Assembly (NCBI GenBank): GCA_030704615.1
Contig: CM060731.1
Coordinates: forward strand, 70,866,001 to 70,930,000
Reading direction: 5' to 3'
DNA length: 64,000 nt
Source of the DNA: Takakia lepidozioides
Lineage: Eukaryota; Plantae; Bryophyta
Below, piece by piece: positions 37,191 through 48,499 of the stretch; the stretch's first letter is position 1, and every line of letters starts with the position of its first letter. The position numbers and the translations under genes are program-made. Under the pieces are notes generated by a model. It did no database searches and had not been told where the DNA came from. It saw only the letters and a program-made list of their open reading frames with translations.

Positions 37191-38379
37191 AACAGAGAAG
37201 AGTGAAGAGCAAAATGAGAGCAAGGCCTCCCTCACCGTAAGCGGGGTATTTGCTCTCCGACGCCCAATTTCGGCGCCGTTATTACATGGAGTGCGGAAGC
37301 TTCAGCCGAGAATTTTGTTTCCGCAGGTCAATTTCGGCGCCGTTATTGGTTGCAATCCCCAGCCTTCAGCCGGTAGGTTTGGTTTCCGGACCCAATTTCG
37401 GCGCCGTTATCGGCTGTCTCTCGGTGGCTTCAGCCGAGTAGTTTTGGTTTCCGGGGCCCATTTCGCGCAGTTATCGCCTGCATTCCGGAGGATGCAGCCG
37501 GGTGGTATTTGGTGGCAGAGCCCAATTACTTTCCACCGTTGTTGGCTTCACTCCCGAGCCTTCAGCGCGCTATTTCTTTTCCTGTTCCCAATTACGGCCT
37601 CGTTATAACCAACCATCCAGCACTTCTGCAATAGTACTATCCACGGTTATAGGTCGCCATTGCGTTTTCGGAGTCTGCAAACCCGGATCCTAATTCCGCT
37701 TGCGTCTCTGCCTCTGGGATAATTTCGGTGCCGTTATTGCCCAGAATTCTGTTATTCTATGACCTGGCCTGGCGGTCCATGAGCCTGGGCTCCAAGTCAT
37801 GAGCGTACACTGGTACTCATGAGCGGAGTACTTCCAGCATGAGCGCGAAATCTTCGATTTTTGATTATTTTTATAGTTTTTGGCCCGAAAAAAATCTGCC
37901 GAAATTCGAAGTGTGTTACTTTGCGGCTCATGGGTTAGCCATGCCCGCTCATGAGCTCATGAGCTCACCGCTCATGAGCTCATGGAATAGCAACCCCCGG
38001 TCGTGCTCCATGGCGAGATCTCCACCGTTGATCGCGCAATGGGGCGACAGCCGCTAGATGTAGGGCTGTGGGGAACGTGTATTTCTGGTGCAACATGCAT
38101 GTTCCCCTCGAACTTTCTGGCACCAGCCCGTGCGCGCGCCCCTATTTTTTGGCGCATTTTTTTGTTTTTTTCCCAGGATTTTACATAGGGCTGTCGCAAC
38201 CCTTTGTTTTTTTATCGCTTTTAGGCTCCATTTTGCCTAAAAAAAAAGCGTTGTTCCATGGCGTCTCTCTCATCTCTCGCGGTTTCTGCCATCTCTTCCT
38301 CTGTCGTGTGCTCTTACTTTTCTCATGGCTTCTCAACGCTCTGATCTCTCGTCACCCTCTCACTCTACATCTCCTCCTG

Positions 38380-39401
38380 GGGGGCTGCTATTTCATGAGC
38401 CATGAGCCATGAGCGGCATGAGCCATGAGCAGAGTCGTAAGTGTCGAAAAAAACATGAGCAGGACTATTTTCCGGAAATGAGTGTCCGCGGGAATAGGGT
38501 TTAGGGTGTCACGGTCATAGGGGGAGAAGGACCTCCCGATGAAGGAGGTTCGGCAATGTTTTTTAGAATTACATATTGAAAGGCAATGTTTCGCGAATGG
38601 TAGGGTGGTACTGCTCTGTAGAATGGGGGCCCATTTCAGCCTACCAGCCACTTGCAAAATCCACCCACACTCCCAATCCCAAACGAAATGAGGAATGATG
38701 CATTCTGGGAACGATGGATACAGAATAGAACAAAAAGAGGGCACAATGGGGTTTTTATTGATCCACATGAATTGCATTTGAAGCACGTCTACTGTGCTGA
38801 TTGTGCAAACAAATCTTTAGCCCTGTGCCTTCTGAATACAAGTCACGTTGTCAATGGGACTTCGACTGCTCTGAGAACTAGCTCATGAGTCATCGGGCTC
38901 CTCCAGGTAAACTGGATTGCAGCCGTTGTGCCGCCCCTGTTGATGTTCACCACAATGTCGTGCCCTTCAATCATACCACCATCGAATATGGAAAGCTTCA
39001 CGTTTTCGTCGTCCACACCAATGCGAATGTCCCCATACAATGGAGAAGATGAGCGCACTCCTTCAGGAGTATAAGTCTCTCCGATGGAGACCACCCACGT
39101 CCACTGGCAGCAGTTCCACCGCAACAGCATAGCAGTGCGCATTCTTCTGCATGGGTGTCCGTCGTAGCTGGGAAAATCGGAATCAAGGATGTGCAGGAGC
39201 CACGGACTCCTCAGACCAAGATCGTCACCCCGCTCGAAGGCGTACTGGCCTGGGATATACTCAAAAGCGGACAATGTTTCCACATTCGAACCAGTATCTT
39301 CTGTGTAATCTGTGTACCAGATAACGATGTCTCCCGATGTGGCCGAATACATTGCATAATCGAAGCCTCCATAAGGGCAGTCGTCCCGGTTCCGGAAGCA
39401 C
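38380..39401. mobile_element. Terminal fragment of a second MULE of the same family, truncated by Gypsy sequence
   Basis: Terminus GGGGGCTGCTATTTCATGAGC followed by CATGAG repeats. Carries the paralogous small ORF. Confidence 0.75.
38843..39400 (-). CDS. Unknown cargo protein (C-terminal ~185 aa; 5' end lost)
   Basis: Open frame homologous to 36574-37190. The upstream part of ORF 38843..39757 is only antisense Gypsy gag. Confidence 0.6.
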   Translation of the reverse strand, partial: CFRNRDDCPYGGFDYAMYSATSGDIVIWYTDYTEDTGSNVETLSAFEYIPGQYAFERGDDLGLRSPWLLHILDSDFPSYDGHPCRRMRTAMLLRWNCCQWTWVVSIGETYTPEGVRSSSPLYGDIRIGVDDENVKLSIFDGGMIEGHDIVVNINRGGTTAAIQFTWRSPMTHELVLRAVEVPLTT

Positions 39402-42400
39402 GAAGAAGGATTGCCCAGAGGGAGGCAATGGTTTGGCACCGGCACAGCCTGCACAGGTGCAGTGTGGGCATTGTGGCAGGTACGGGCATGGAGAGGCCCA
39501 GTGCTATGGTTTGCACCCTGAGTTGCGCCCAGGCCAGTTCCAAGGGAACAATGGTGGCCGGGGGTGAGGTGGAGGAGCCTAGAGAGGACGAGGTGGCCAG
39601 GCACGAGGTGCAGGCCAAGGGCAGGCTCAACATGGCCAAGGACGCGGAGGTCAGGGTGGTGACCAAGGCATGGCCAACCGGCTTCAGCAGCTAGAGCAGA
39701 GGCTCGCTGCCATGGCCACAGCTCAGGTGGTACCGGCTCCAAGGCTGGATGGTCCACCTCCTGCTCCTGAGGGAGGAGACTTATGAGGCATGGGATTCAT
39801 GTGCGGGGCAGCACTACCACTAGTGAGGGGTGCCACTACCACTACCACTATGGGTGGGGCACCACTACCACTAGTGCTGGGCAGTACTACCACTACCACT
39901 ACGTATGGGGCAGGACTACCACTAGTGCAAGTGGAGTCAGCTGCGGCAGTGACTCGAGGAGCATCACAAGTTCCTGAGTCACGGGGTGCGGAGGTGGAGT
40001 TGGATCCACAGCGTGGGGAGGCAAGCCGTCAGGCTAGGCTTCCTCAGTCATTCACATTGGCGGAGACAGTGTCGACGTCGTCCATAGCGCCTAGTTCTCG
40101 CCCGACTATTACCGAGGCGAAGGTTACTATGCCATTGGGGAGAGCTACACGGGCAGCACCACTACCTAGTGTTGCCAAGGCTACGGCAGCTAGTGTACTG
40201 CTGGGGGCGGCCACAGCTGTGTGCCAGGCTCCATTGTTCTCGGCTACCATGATTGCGACGCGGGGGGTAAGACCAACTGAGGTGTTCAGGCTGGCAGCGA
40301 CACTCTGTGAGAGTGGGGAGGTTACTTCATCTTCTGCGGAGATAGTGGGAGGTGTAGTGCCGGAGGGATCCTCGGATGTGAGGGTCAAGACTGCCACGGC
40401 TGCACCATGACAAGCTGCAGCTGCCAGGTTGATGGAGCTGTCAGCTAGGCCAGCCATTGAGCGTGCCATGGTGACACCTGAAGTTGTCATATTAGACAAC
40501 CAGGATGACATTTTCTGTTTGAGTGGACCGGCAGGCAAGAGGTACCGGCCACTGCGGGTCTTGTTGGACTCGGGAGCTCAGCCATTGATGCTGGGCAGAG
40601 TTGCTATTGCAGGCTTGGGCCTCACGGAGGCGGATATGGAGCCGTGCCCTTTCCAGATACAGACATCTCTGGGAGGATCAGAGCATGCTCGGGGCATGAC
40701 ACGGCGTGAGTTGGCTATCAGACTACAGCCGGATCATCCTACAGATGGCTCAGTGATGAGAGTCAAGGCCATTGTGACAAACGCGGTCTCGTACGATGTC
40801 CTTGTTGGTGGGGCAGTGTTGTACCCCATGGGCTTCACCTGGATTTTTGGGAGGAGTCAGCTTCTTATAGGCCTGGATGGCAGTCAGGGGAGGGCCGGCG
40901 TGTGCAGCTCCCTGTGACGTTCATAGGAAGAGTTGCGGTTGCCCAGCGAGGCAAGATGCCAACACTGGCAGCATTCACAGCTTCAATGAGTTGGCCGGGA
41001 GAGTTGCTAGAGGGCAACGCTCATTCAGAGGATGTGACACCTCCGGCAGAGCAAGATGACATGTATGGTATGGCGGAGTTACCTGCCATGGAGAGGAGGA
41101 CAGTGCGGGGATTGCACTAGGACCACCTAAGTTGTCACCATTGGACACCACACCGATTGTGTGGCAGTGTCCGGATGAAGGCATTTGCCTTCTGGACTTG
41201 TTTGGCGAGATCAGCACCGGATTGACTGCTGTTCTACAGGCAGGTATACGAGTACGGCGTTACTTGTATGTGGAGAGGGATGAGACTGCACGACGCGTCT
41301 CATTCCGTCATGTTGCTCAGTTGGTGCAGCAGTACCCTGAGTTGTTGTCGATGTCTGCGGTTCGTGGATATCAGCAGGCCTTGCCAGGAGACATTTCGTT
41401 GCTGGGGGCGCAGGATTTGGAGCGGGTTGGCTCCATTGATTTGGTAGTGACTAGTTGGCCCTGCCAAGGACATTCATCAGCCGGACATGGCAATGGATTG
41501 CGAGACTCGAGGTCGGGTCTGTTTTGGGAGACTTACAGCTTCATCAAGCTATATCTCCAGCATACATCTTGGAGAATGTGCCACTGATGGGCAATTCTCG
41601 GGCCAGGGTGATGGCCAGTGTGCATCAAGTCCGGTCGTGGCTTGGGTCAGCAGTGTTGCTGGATGCAGCTGCAGTGGGGTCACGGGCTCATCGTCCACGG
41701 TTATGGTGGAATAACTTGATGTCACCCGCACTGCTTAAGCGTGCATTTGATGGGGTGTAGCGGCCAGCACACCTCATAGTGGATAGCATTTTGGACACAG
41801 GGAGGCAGTCTCAGTGTGTGAGACACGATGACCGTTCGCCTTTGGCAGTGGTCAACAAGGTGGGTCGACCACGAGCAACACTACCTACACTGCTCAGCTT
41901 CCCAGGATCGCACGCTTTCCGGGATAGCGGACCTGGCCTTCTGTGGGATGCTCAGTTGCAGCAATTAGTGGAGCCTAATGCCGACGAGCGAGAGCGGGCT
42001 ATGGGTTTTTCCACTGGGACCACGGCGGTGTCTTCTCTTTCTGAGGCATCACGTCGTCAGGTGTTGGGGCAAGCAATGGATCTAAATTGCTTGACCTGGA
42101 TTATCAGCTTGGCTATGGCTGAGCAATGAAGAGTACGGAGTGCACTTCCCTTGACGGTCTCTCTGCCTACCGAGATGGTACAGGCAGTGAGTGGGGCCGA
42201 GCCGGTGAGGACCACGAGGTGTAGACATCCATGGCACACATGAGAGGTGCTTGAAGTTTAGAGGGAGTTGGCAGCCAAGGCGGCTGTGATGGATGAGGTT
42301 GGGGATTCTTCTCGGGTTGAGGAGGTCCTCAAGGATGAGATGATGGGGCAAGATGAGGCATTGTCATTGACTGAGCAGGCAGGGAGTACTGCTCAATGAC

Positions 42401-42773
42401 GATGCGTCACCACAGATATGTGTTGGTGATGGTGGAGCACTTCTCCAAGTGGATTGAGTTGGTTCCATTGCCTGACAAGGCTAGTGAGGGGGCTGCGTAT
42501 GCATTCCTGGATCGTGTGCTTAGCCAATTCGGTGCTCCAACTGAGGTACTCACGGACCAAGGGAGAGAGTTCTTGGGGGAGTTTCAGGCTTTGTGTGATA
42601 AAGCCTTGATAGACCACCGTACCATTTCTCGGGATCATCCTGAGGCCAATGGCTTGGCAGAGAGAGTGGTGCAGATGGTGAAGAGGGGTTTGTGCAAGTA
42701 TGGCTTGCAAAAATGACACCTAGGAGATTGGGATCTTCAGGTACCTTGGCTAGCCATGGGCTACAGGTTTAGC
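39402..42773 (+). mobile_element. Ty3/Gypsy gag-pol fragment: zinc knuckle, aspartic protease, C5-DNMT, integrase core (no RT/RNaseH seen)
   Basis: CGHCGRYGHGEAQC; VLLDSGAQ...YDVLVG; DNMT motifs; VMVEHFSKW, VLTDQGREF, HPEANGLAERVV. Stops and frameshifts present. Confidence 0.88.
41150..42129 (+). pseudogene. C5 cytosine DNA methyltransferase domain (DNMT3/DRM-like) embedded in Gypsy pol
   Basis: Motif I LLDLFGEISTG, IV SWPCQG, VI YILENVP, VIII AHRPRLWW, IX ERAMGF and X LGQAMD occur in canonical order. Confidence 0.88.
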
Positions 42774-44376
42774 ACAATATGTGCTATCAATCAGACTACA
42801 ACCACAGTGGATGTAACTGAACCATGGGATGACCAACAAAATCTGCACAGTGTAAGTACTTCCTTTGTCCTCTTTTGTTTCCTTGTCTGATGCTGGATCA
42901 ATACACCCCCTATGTATCGCTGTGTAGCTGCAGGATTGACAACCTATAAAGGTAGTTTTGTGACATCGTCCTACCACATCCATGTTGACCATGCAGAACC
43001 TGCTATCAACTAGGTATGGCACCGTTCCACCTTTGATCATGTCAGCATGGAGTATAGAGACAGACAAATGCAATTCAGAATTGGAAGTACTGCAATAGGT
43101 AGGGTTGGGGTGTTTGCTGGAAGAACGAGGATGCATTTTGCAGGAGTGCCAAGCTGTCAGTCTCTGTTCTCCAGGGTTCATTTCTGATATAGGAATCTGG
43201 TTTTTGTTGCAGTTTCAGATCGGCGACAAGGTGTTATTGTTTGATCCTTGTGCACCAAAAAGAAGGGCAGGTGTGGGATATATTGCTGGATTTCCGAAAG
43301 CAAATGTGTCAGACAACTATTACCGTATCCACGTGAAATCGGTCATGATTTCAGAGGTTGTGTTGTCGTACCCGGACTACTCTGTTACCCCTAATCATAC
43401 CACATTGGGTGACACGCAGGGAAGTGCCACCTTATGGTCTGAAAAGTTTATTAAACACGCGTGATATTGAAGATGCTACAAGTTTAGTTTAGTTTTCTTT
43501 ATGGATTGAAGGTTGCTGAGACAGGTGAACAAAACTGCTCTTCTGACATGAACAGTATTTTTTGAATTGATGCTCTTGCTATTCTCATGTATGATCACAA
43601 GATCCCCTTGTTCAAAGGCAACTTCATTTTCCCACATCAAGCCAAATTAAACTTGTGTAGACATGAATGTGGTATTTTGCTGGTTGTTTGCTATATTTAA
43701 TATTAATAACATTACTACTGGTCAATGTGGTTCATAATACAATTATTATCCATGTTTTAAATAAGCTTTTGTTTAAATGAAACAAAACAAATCAAAATTC
43801 TAAAACAATAATATATTACATATTAAATCAAGCAGCCAATGGCTTTTGGGGTGCTATCCCATTTATTATAAGAATAAGAATAATAATAATATGACTATTC
43901 ATTTTGGCATTTGTCAACAAATAATAATTGTTTATTTTTCATCCAATAGGAACAAAACAGTGGATGTGACAGTATTCACACTAGTGTCATTGCGATCACA
44001 CCACGACTTGAACCTGGTGTTAAATCTGTGTGAGAGAGTCCGTAAGAAGAGCCCTTAATATCTATTATTTATTTAATAATTCTGATGGACTCTGTTACGT
44101 GGCATTCCCTTTGACATACATGTGGCAAACATGGTGGCGCCGAGGTGTAATAAGTACCGTAGAAAGACCATTAAGATTACTTAGTCAAAATAGTAGTTGA
44201 ACTAACCAGTCAAAACGACCGTCAAAATATCCGTCAAAAGAGCCACCTAAGCCTACTGCCACATCAGGTGCAAGTTTGGTGTGAGATGGTTTTTTTCACA
44301 GGACCAAGAAAGTTCACATGTGGTGCAAAAGACTAGGTTAACCTAACACCAAGGGGGGGTGTGAACTTGCGTTGCC
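42774..44376 (+). mobile_element. 3' part of another DNA transposon (probably MULE) inserted in the Gypsy integrase
   Basis: Spliced exons ending ...YRIHVKSVMISEVVLSYPD...TLGDTQGSATLWSEK* (resembles TNP1/DUF8039-type tails), an AT-rich 3' region, and a terminus (reverse complement) GGCAACGCAAGTTCACACCCCCCC. Gypsy sequence resumes at 44377. Confidence 0.5.
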
Positions 44377-44532
44377 CAGCGGGCAGAGTTGTTCACACTA
44401 GTACAAAAACTGGTTTTTTTAACGGCTCTTCTCACACATTTTGGTTGCTTGTGTCCACACATCCAGATCATCAAGGTTGAGGACTACTGCAGCCTCCCTT
44501 GCTTTCCCTGCCCATTGAACGCTTCACTGGTT

Positions 44533-45939
44533 TCACCATCTGCATATTGAATGACACATGATCAAAAAATGAGAATAGCACGAATGACACACATTGTGAA
44601 GTAGCATTAACAATACAAATCCACCCACGCGCCCAAGCATTGAATCTTTTGCTCTCACCTTTCTTTGATTATGCTTTGTTGTTGCATCGGGAGGCAAAGT
44701 CGTTGGAACTCTGGCAGCAGGAAGCCCTGGTTCGGATGCCTTTGCAGATTGTTGTGATCCACTACCCATGGCTGCAGTATTGAACAAGTAGTTGGGCTGC
44801 CCATATCTGTATGGGTGCCCTGACACATACTCAGGGATGTGTGCAGCCTTGGATACACCCTCTAACCAAGGCAGTAATTCTTTCATAAGCCTCTTGCAGT
44901 TTGGCTGATCCCTCAACTTCCATGGATACGGGAAGATGCAATTATTTGCAGGGTTGGGTAAGCAAGTGAGTGGGGAATCGTCCACCAGCAAAGTATTGGT
45001 TGGATTGTAATGGCTGTAGTCCTTCCAAAACTTACATAAGTTCTTGTACATGACAGTTTTAGAAGGATTGAGAGGGTCCACCATTCCCACAGGTTGGTCA
45101 CAATAGTCTTGGTGAAGCACCATCTTTGGTTGCTTCCCAGGAAACAATGCTTTCACAACTGGAAGGACATTACTCAATGACATGGAAGACCATACACCTA
45201 CATCAAAAATCTGAAGGCATCGGTCCAGAAACTCCTGACACCCAGGTCTGGAGGTGACAGTGGGCTCTAGGTGTTCCCTTGTTCGTAGTCTGCTCTCACA
45301 TAACAATCCATTCAAGTCAAGTATAAGGATGTGTTTCTGCCTCTCAGTTGCCGAAGGGCAATTACCAACAACTTGTACATGATTATCATGTACAAAAGAC
45401 ACACCTTTCTGTGGGGCACTCTGCAAATTCATGGAGACCTCACAGGCATATTGAGAGGGTAGTACATATGCCGGAAGTGCTACTGGTGTAGGGGACAACA
45501 AAACGGATGAACACTTTGCAGTTGCCTCAACAATATGGGGGGATGGATTGAGTTCACCTTCAGACCAACCCTCCATGTCATCATCCCCCTCCATTTCTGA
45601 AAGCCCAAACAATGAGCCTATTGTGTTTGGCTTTGGTGGCGGTGAAGAAACTGCCTTGAACAGGTTGAGTGGTGAGCCCATAACATGAGAAATAGTCTCA
45701 TTTGTTGTGTGTGGCGCAAAGGTGGTGCATGGTGGACCTGTAGGTTCCGAATCTGGCACATTCATGCCAAGTTTAGCTGCGAGCGCAATGTTGAATGCAG
45801 CTGCTGCCTCCAGTTGGCCTTGGACTGCTTCCAAAGCTGCCTTGGAGCTGGCTTCCATCTGCACTTGTTTGTTTTCCATAGCATCGAGGCGAGCTGCTAG
45901 TGAACCAATTCCCTGCCCCATCACATAGAACACCTCCAA
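44533..45939 (-). CDS. Exon encoding a coiled coil plus NIF/FCP1-like HAD phosphatase domain (DLNG variant)
   Basis: ILILDLNGLL, RPGCQEFL, VGVWSS, KNL and NTLLVDDSP within a 468-aa open frame. Confidence 0.8.
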   Translation of the reverse strand: MEVFYVMGQGIGSLAARLDAMENKQVQMEASSKAALEAVQGQLEAAAAFNIALAAKLGMNVPDSEPTGPPCTTFAPHTTNETISHVMGSPLNLFKAVSSPPPKPNTIGSLFGLSEMEGDDDMEGWSEGELNPSPHIVEATAKCSSVLLSPTPVALPAYVLPSQYACEVSMNLQSAPQKGVSFVHDNHVQVVGNCPSATERQKHILILDLNGLLCESRLRTREHLEPTVTSRPGCQEFLDRCLQIFDVGVWSSMSLSNVLPVVKALFPGKQPKMVLHQDYCDQPVGMVDPLNPSKTVMYKNLCKFWKDYSHYNPTNTLLVDDSPLTCLPNPANNCIFPYPWKLRDQPNCKRLMKELLPWLEGVSKAAHIPEYVSGHPYRYGQPNYLFNTAAMGSGSQQSAKASEPGLPAARVPTTLPPDATTKHNQRKVRAKDSMLGRVGGFVLLMLLHNVCHSCYSHFLIMCHSICRW

Positions 45940-46388
45940 AGTAACAATTCACTACACTGACTGATGAACTAGTAAGAAAACAGAACCAAACGGCAACTAG
46001 CAATGGCATGGAAATCACGAATATGTAATTCACACCAGAATTGGTACTGAGTTTATATACCGTTGTGGCTGCACTGCCTGTACACCCCGAGCCGTAGCCT
46101 TTGTCACTTCTGGCGCTACCGGCGATCTCCTGCAAACTTGGTGTACGTCCAGTCTCCTTCTCCTGTGATTGCAACAAACTTGCAAGTGTTAATGACTAGC
46201 ATAGCACACTGCCAACAGTAAAGAATTATCTAGGATAGCGTCAATGACTCCCCCTCAATAAGAGTGCTTAGTTTCTTGCTGGCGCCCAACTCTGAGAAGG
46301 CCCCCAAGTAGTAGCAATGTGTACTAATTCAATGGTGATAGGAATAGACTCTGAGCTCCAGCCAAAAAAACCCAACACATAAAGTTTG

Positions 46389-47764
46389 TCAATGCAAAAC
46401 AATGTGGGAACTTCCTATGTTGTAAGAGAAGTATACCAGTCGTGCTACAACACCGCTGATTCCACTGCGACCTGATCGAGATGTATTCTTCACACATCCC
46501 CGCGCCTTGACACCATTTGCCTGAAATTTCTTGAAATCAGTGGAACCCCAACTAACAACTAGTTGTGCCCATGTCTTGTCTGGCACATGATGGGGTTTGG
46601 GCAGCCCCACACTATAGTAATTTTTGAACAGCTTATTTCGTTGGTACTTGAGCTGCCCGCAAATTGTTTTTGTAATAGCCTTTATGTTAAGACCAGGAGG
46701 TCCGTATTCCCAATCTGAAGCCAGGATCTCCATGATCTTTTCAATTAAGTGTAATGGTTGATCCTGAGCATACAATGACCAGTCCAACAAACGTTGACAC
46801 TGCCCTCGCAGAGCTGTCATCCACTGGTTCCGAGCAGGACCTTCAGGGTTTCCAAGTTCATCACAAGAAATGAAAAATTTCCTCCTCCCTACAGCCACAT
46901 TCTGAGCAGCCTGGTCTCTCAGATCTTTTGCAAGTGCCCTTCTTTCCCTCCTTAAAGCATTTTTGCGTTCTATAGGAGTCACACCTGATGTCCCCCAGGA
47001 CTAAGGCTGGAATCCTGCAAGGTTTCAGCAGTACCATGCATGTTACCACCTTCACTCTGTTGGGGCTGGACTGCTGTCTCCCACCCCACAGGATGATGCG
47101 GAGCAAATGCATCCTCGGTCTGTTTCAGAATGCCTTTCCCTTTCAGGGTATTAGGTGTACCTGGAGATGTTGGATAAAGAGGTGGCCGCGGTGCAGTGAA
47201 GCTCGAAGGTGCCGGCAGTTGTACTCCACTGTAGTTGGATCCTGAAGGTTGGTGGCCACCATACTGGACCTGCCCCTGGTGTGGTCTTGCAGGGCTGGTA
47301 GGATAGAGGGAGGAAGTAGGTTGGTTGTACATAGGCCGAGGAGGATACATACTATGGGGATGCATTCCATAATGGTGGTAAATGGAATACCCACCTTGAC
47401 TAGGATCATGCATTGGAGCGCCTGCAGGTGGAGCAAAAGAATTGTAATTCTGGCACTGAGAATCATTGTTTGGAGGTTGATAGTGAGGATACGGCATGTG
47501 CCCATGCAGATTATACCCTGACATGGCAGGATACTGTGGGTACATAAGCGGATACGAGGGAGGAGCCGATACTGGTGGATACAAGGGAGCTGGAACGTCA
47601 GTCTGTGGAGTGGGCGGGGCTGGTTTTTCGTAAGGGGGAACAACCGCGCCACTCATCACAGCAGTTGGCGCAATAGTTGGTGCACACTTTGCTGGAGTAA
47701 GAGACTTATGCTCGTTCGCATCCTTCCCTGCAATTCCCTTCCTTTTTTTGACTGAACTCTGCAC
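46389..47764 (-). CDS. TnpA/Ptta-like exon(s) with a Pro/Tyr-rich region
   Basis: QLKYQRNKLFK...PHHVPDKTWAQLVVSW...KARG...SRSGRSG resembles the CACTA TnpA (Transposase_24) signature. A 1-bp frameshift near 46990 is absent in copy 1. Confidence 0.6.
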
Positions 47765-48499
47765 ACATTGCTCAACAGAAACATGTGAAACAATACGACC
47801 ATACTACTAGGGATGGCAAACCACGTGGGTAAGCCAAGCCCAAAGGCCTATGCAAGAAGACCCTGTCAGTCAGACCTATGGTACAGTCAGCTGAATCGCA
47901 TGCCTCATACCAGCGACCCTATGATAAATACCTGAATATTAGGAAGGAAGAACTCACCCTGCTAGATGAATCTGACGTGGAGGCTGAAGTGTCTAAGGCC
48001 ATGTCAAAAGCATGAAGAATGTCCGAACAAAACAATGTTAGGCATAAACTTCCCTGAACTCGTTTCCAGTTTGTGACATGGGTGAGGACTTTGAGGATGA
48101 TCTGAAGGGCAGACCTACCCTTGGCACTAGACTGAAAATTTAACCTCCGGATGGGGAGTCTACCTTTGAACAATAAACAGATGCAGAGAGGAAAGGGAGA
48201 TTGTCGATGCTCACTGGTGTGGGTGGCCTGAAGACAATGTCCATTTTGTGATACAAGTCTGGGGTATTCTCATCAGAGAGCGACCCTCTTCAGGACCATC
48301 AAGAACATAGTCCCTGCACCTCTGTTCACCAACTATCAATATCTCAAGGCTGAGTCTAAAGCGGTGGGCCCTGTTGGGGTCTCATTGCTTGGTAGCCCAC
48401 ATACAACAAAACTGATGAACGTGTGAAGGGCTTTCTAAAAGGAATCTGGAAAGCCTGAACTAATGTTTATAACACGGTAAGTCCTACTAATGGAGTGAG

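Larger units (their letters stand above)
24321..37998. mobile_element. Complete 13.7-kb short-TIR Mutator-like element (MULE) with ParB/methyltransferase-like cargo
   Basis: Perfect 10-bp TSD GGTCGTGCTC at 24311-24320 and 37999-38008. Imperfect ~21-bp TIRs GAGGTTTACTATTTCATGAGC and (reverse complement) GGGGGTTGCTATTCCATGAGC. Subterminal CATGAG repeats. Contains a MULE-type transposase. Confidence 0.92.

Noticed and set aside
38843-39757. 304-aa ORF as a single gene
   Set aside because: Chimeric: the first ~118 aa are antisense Gypsy gag, and only the remainder matches the cargo paralog.
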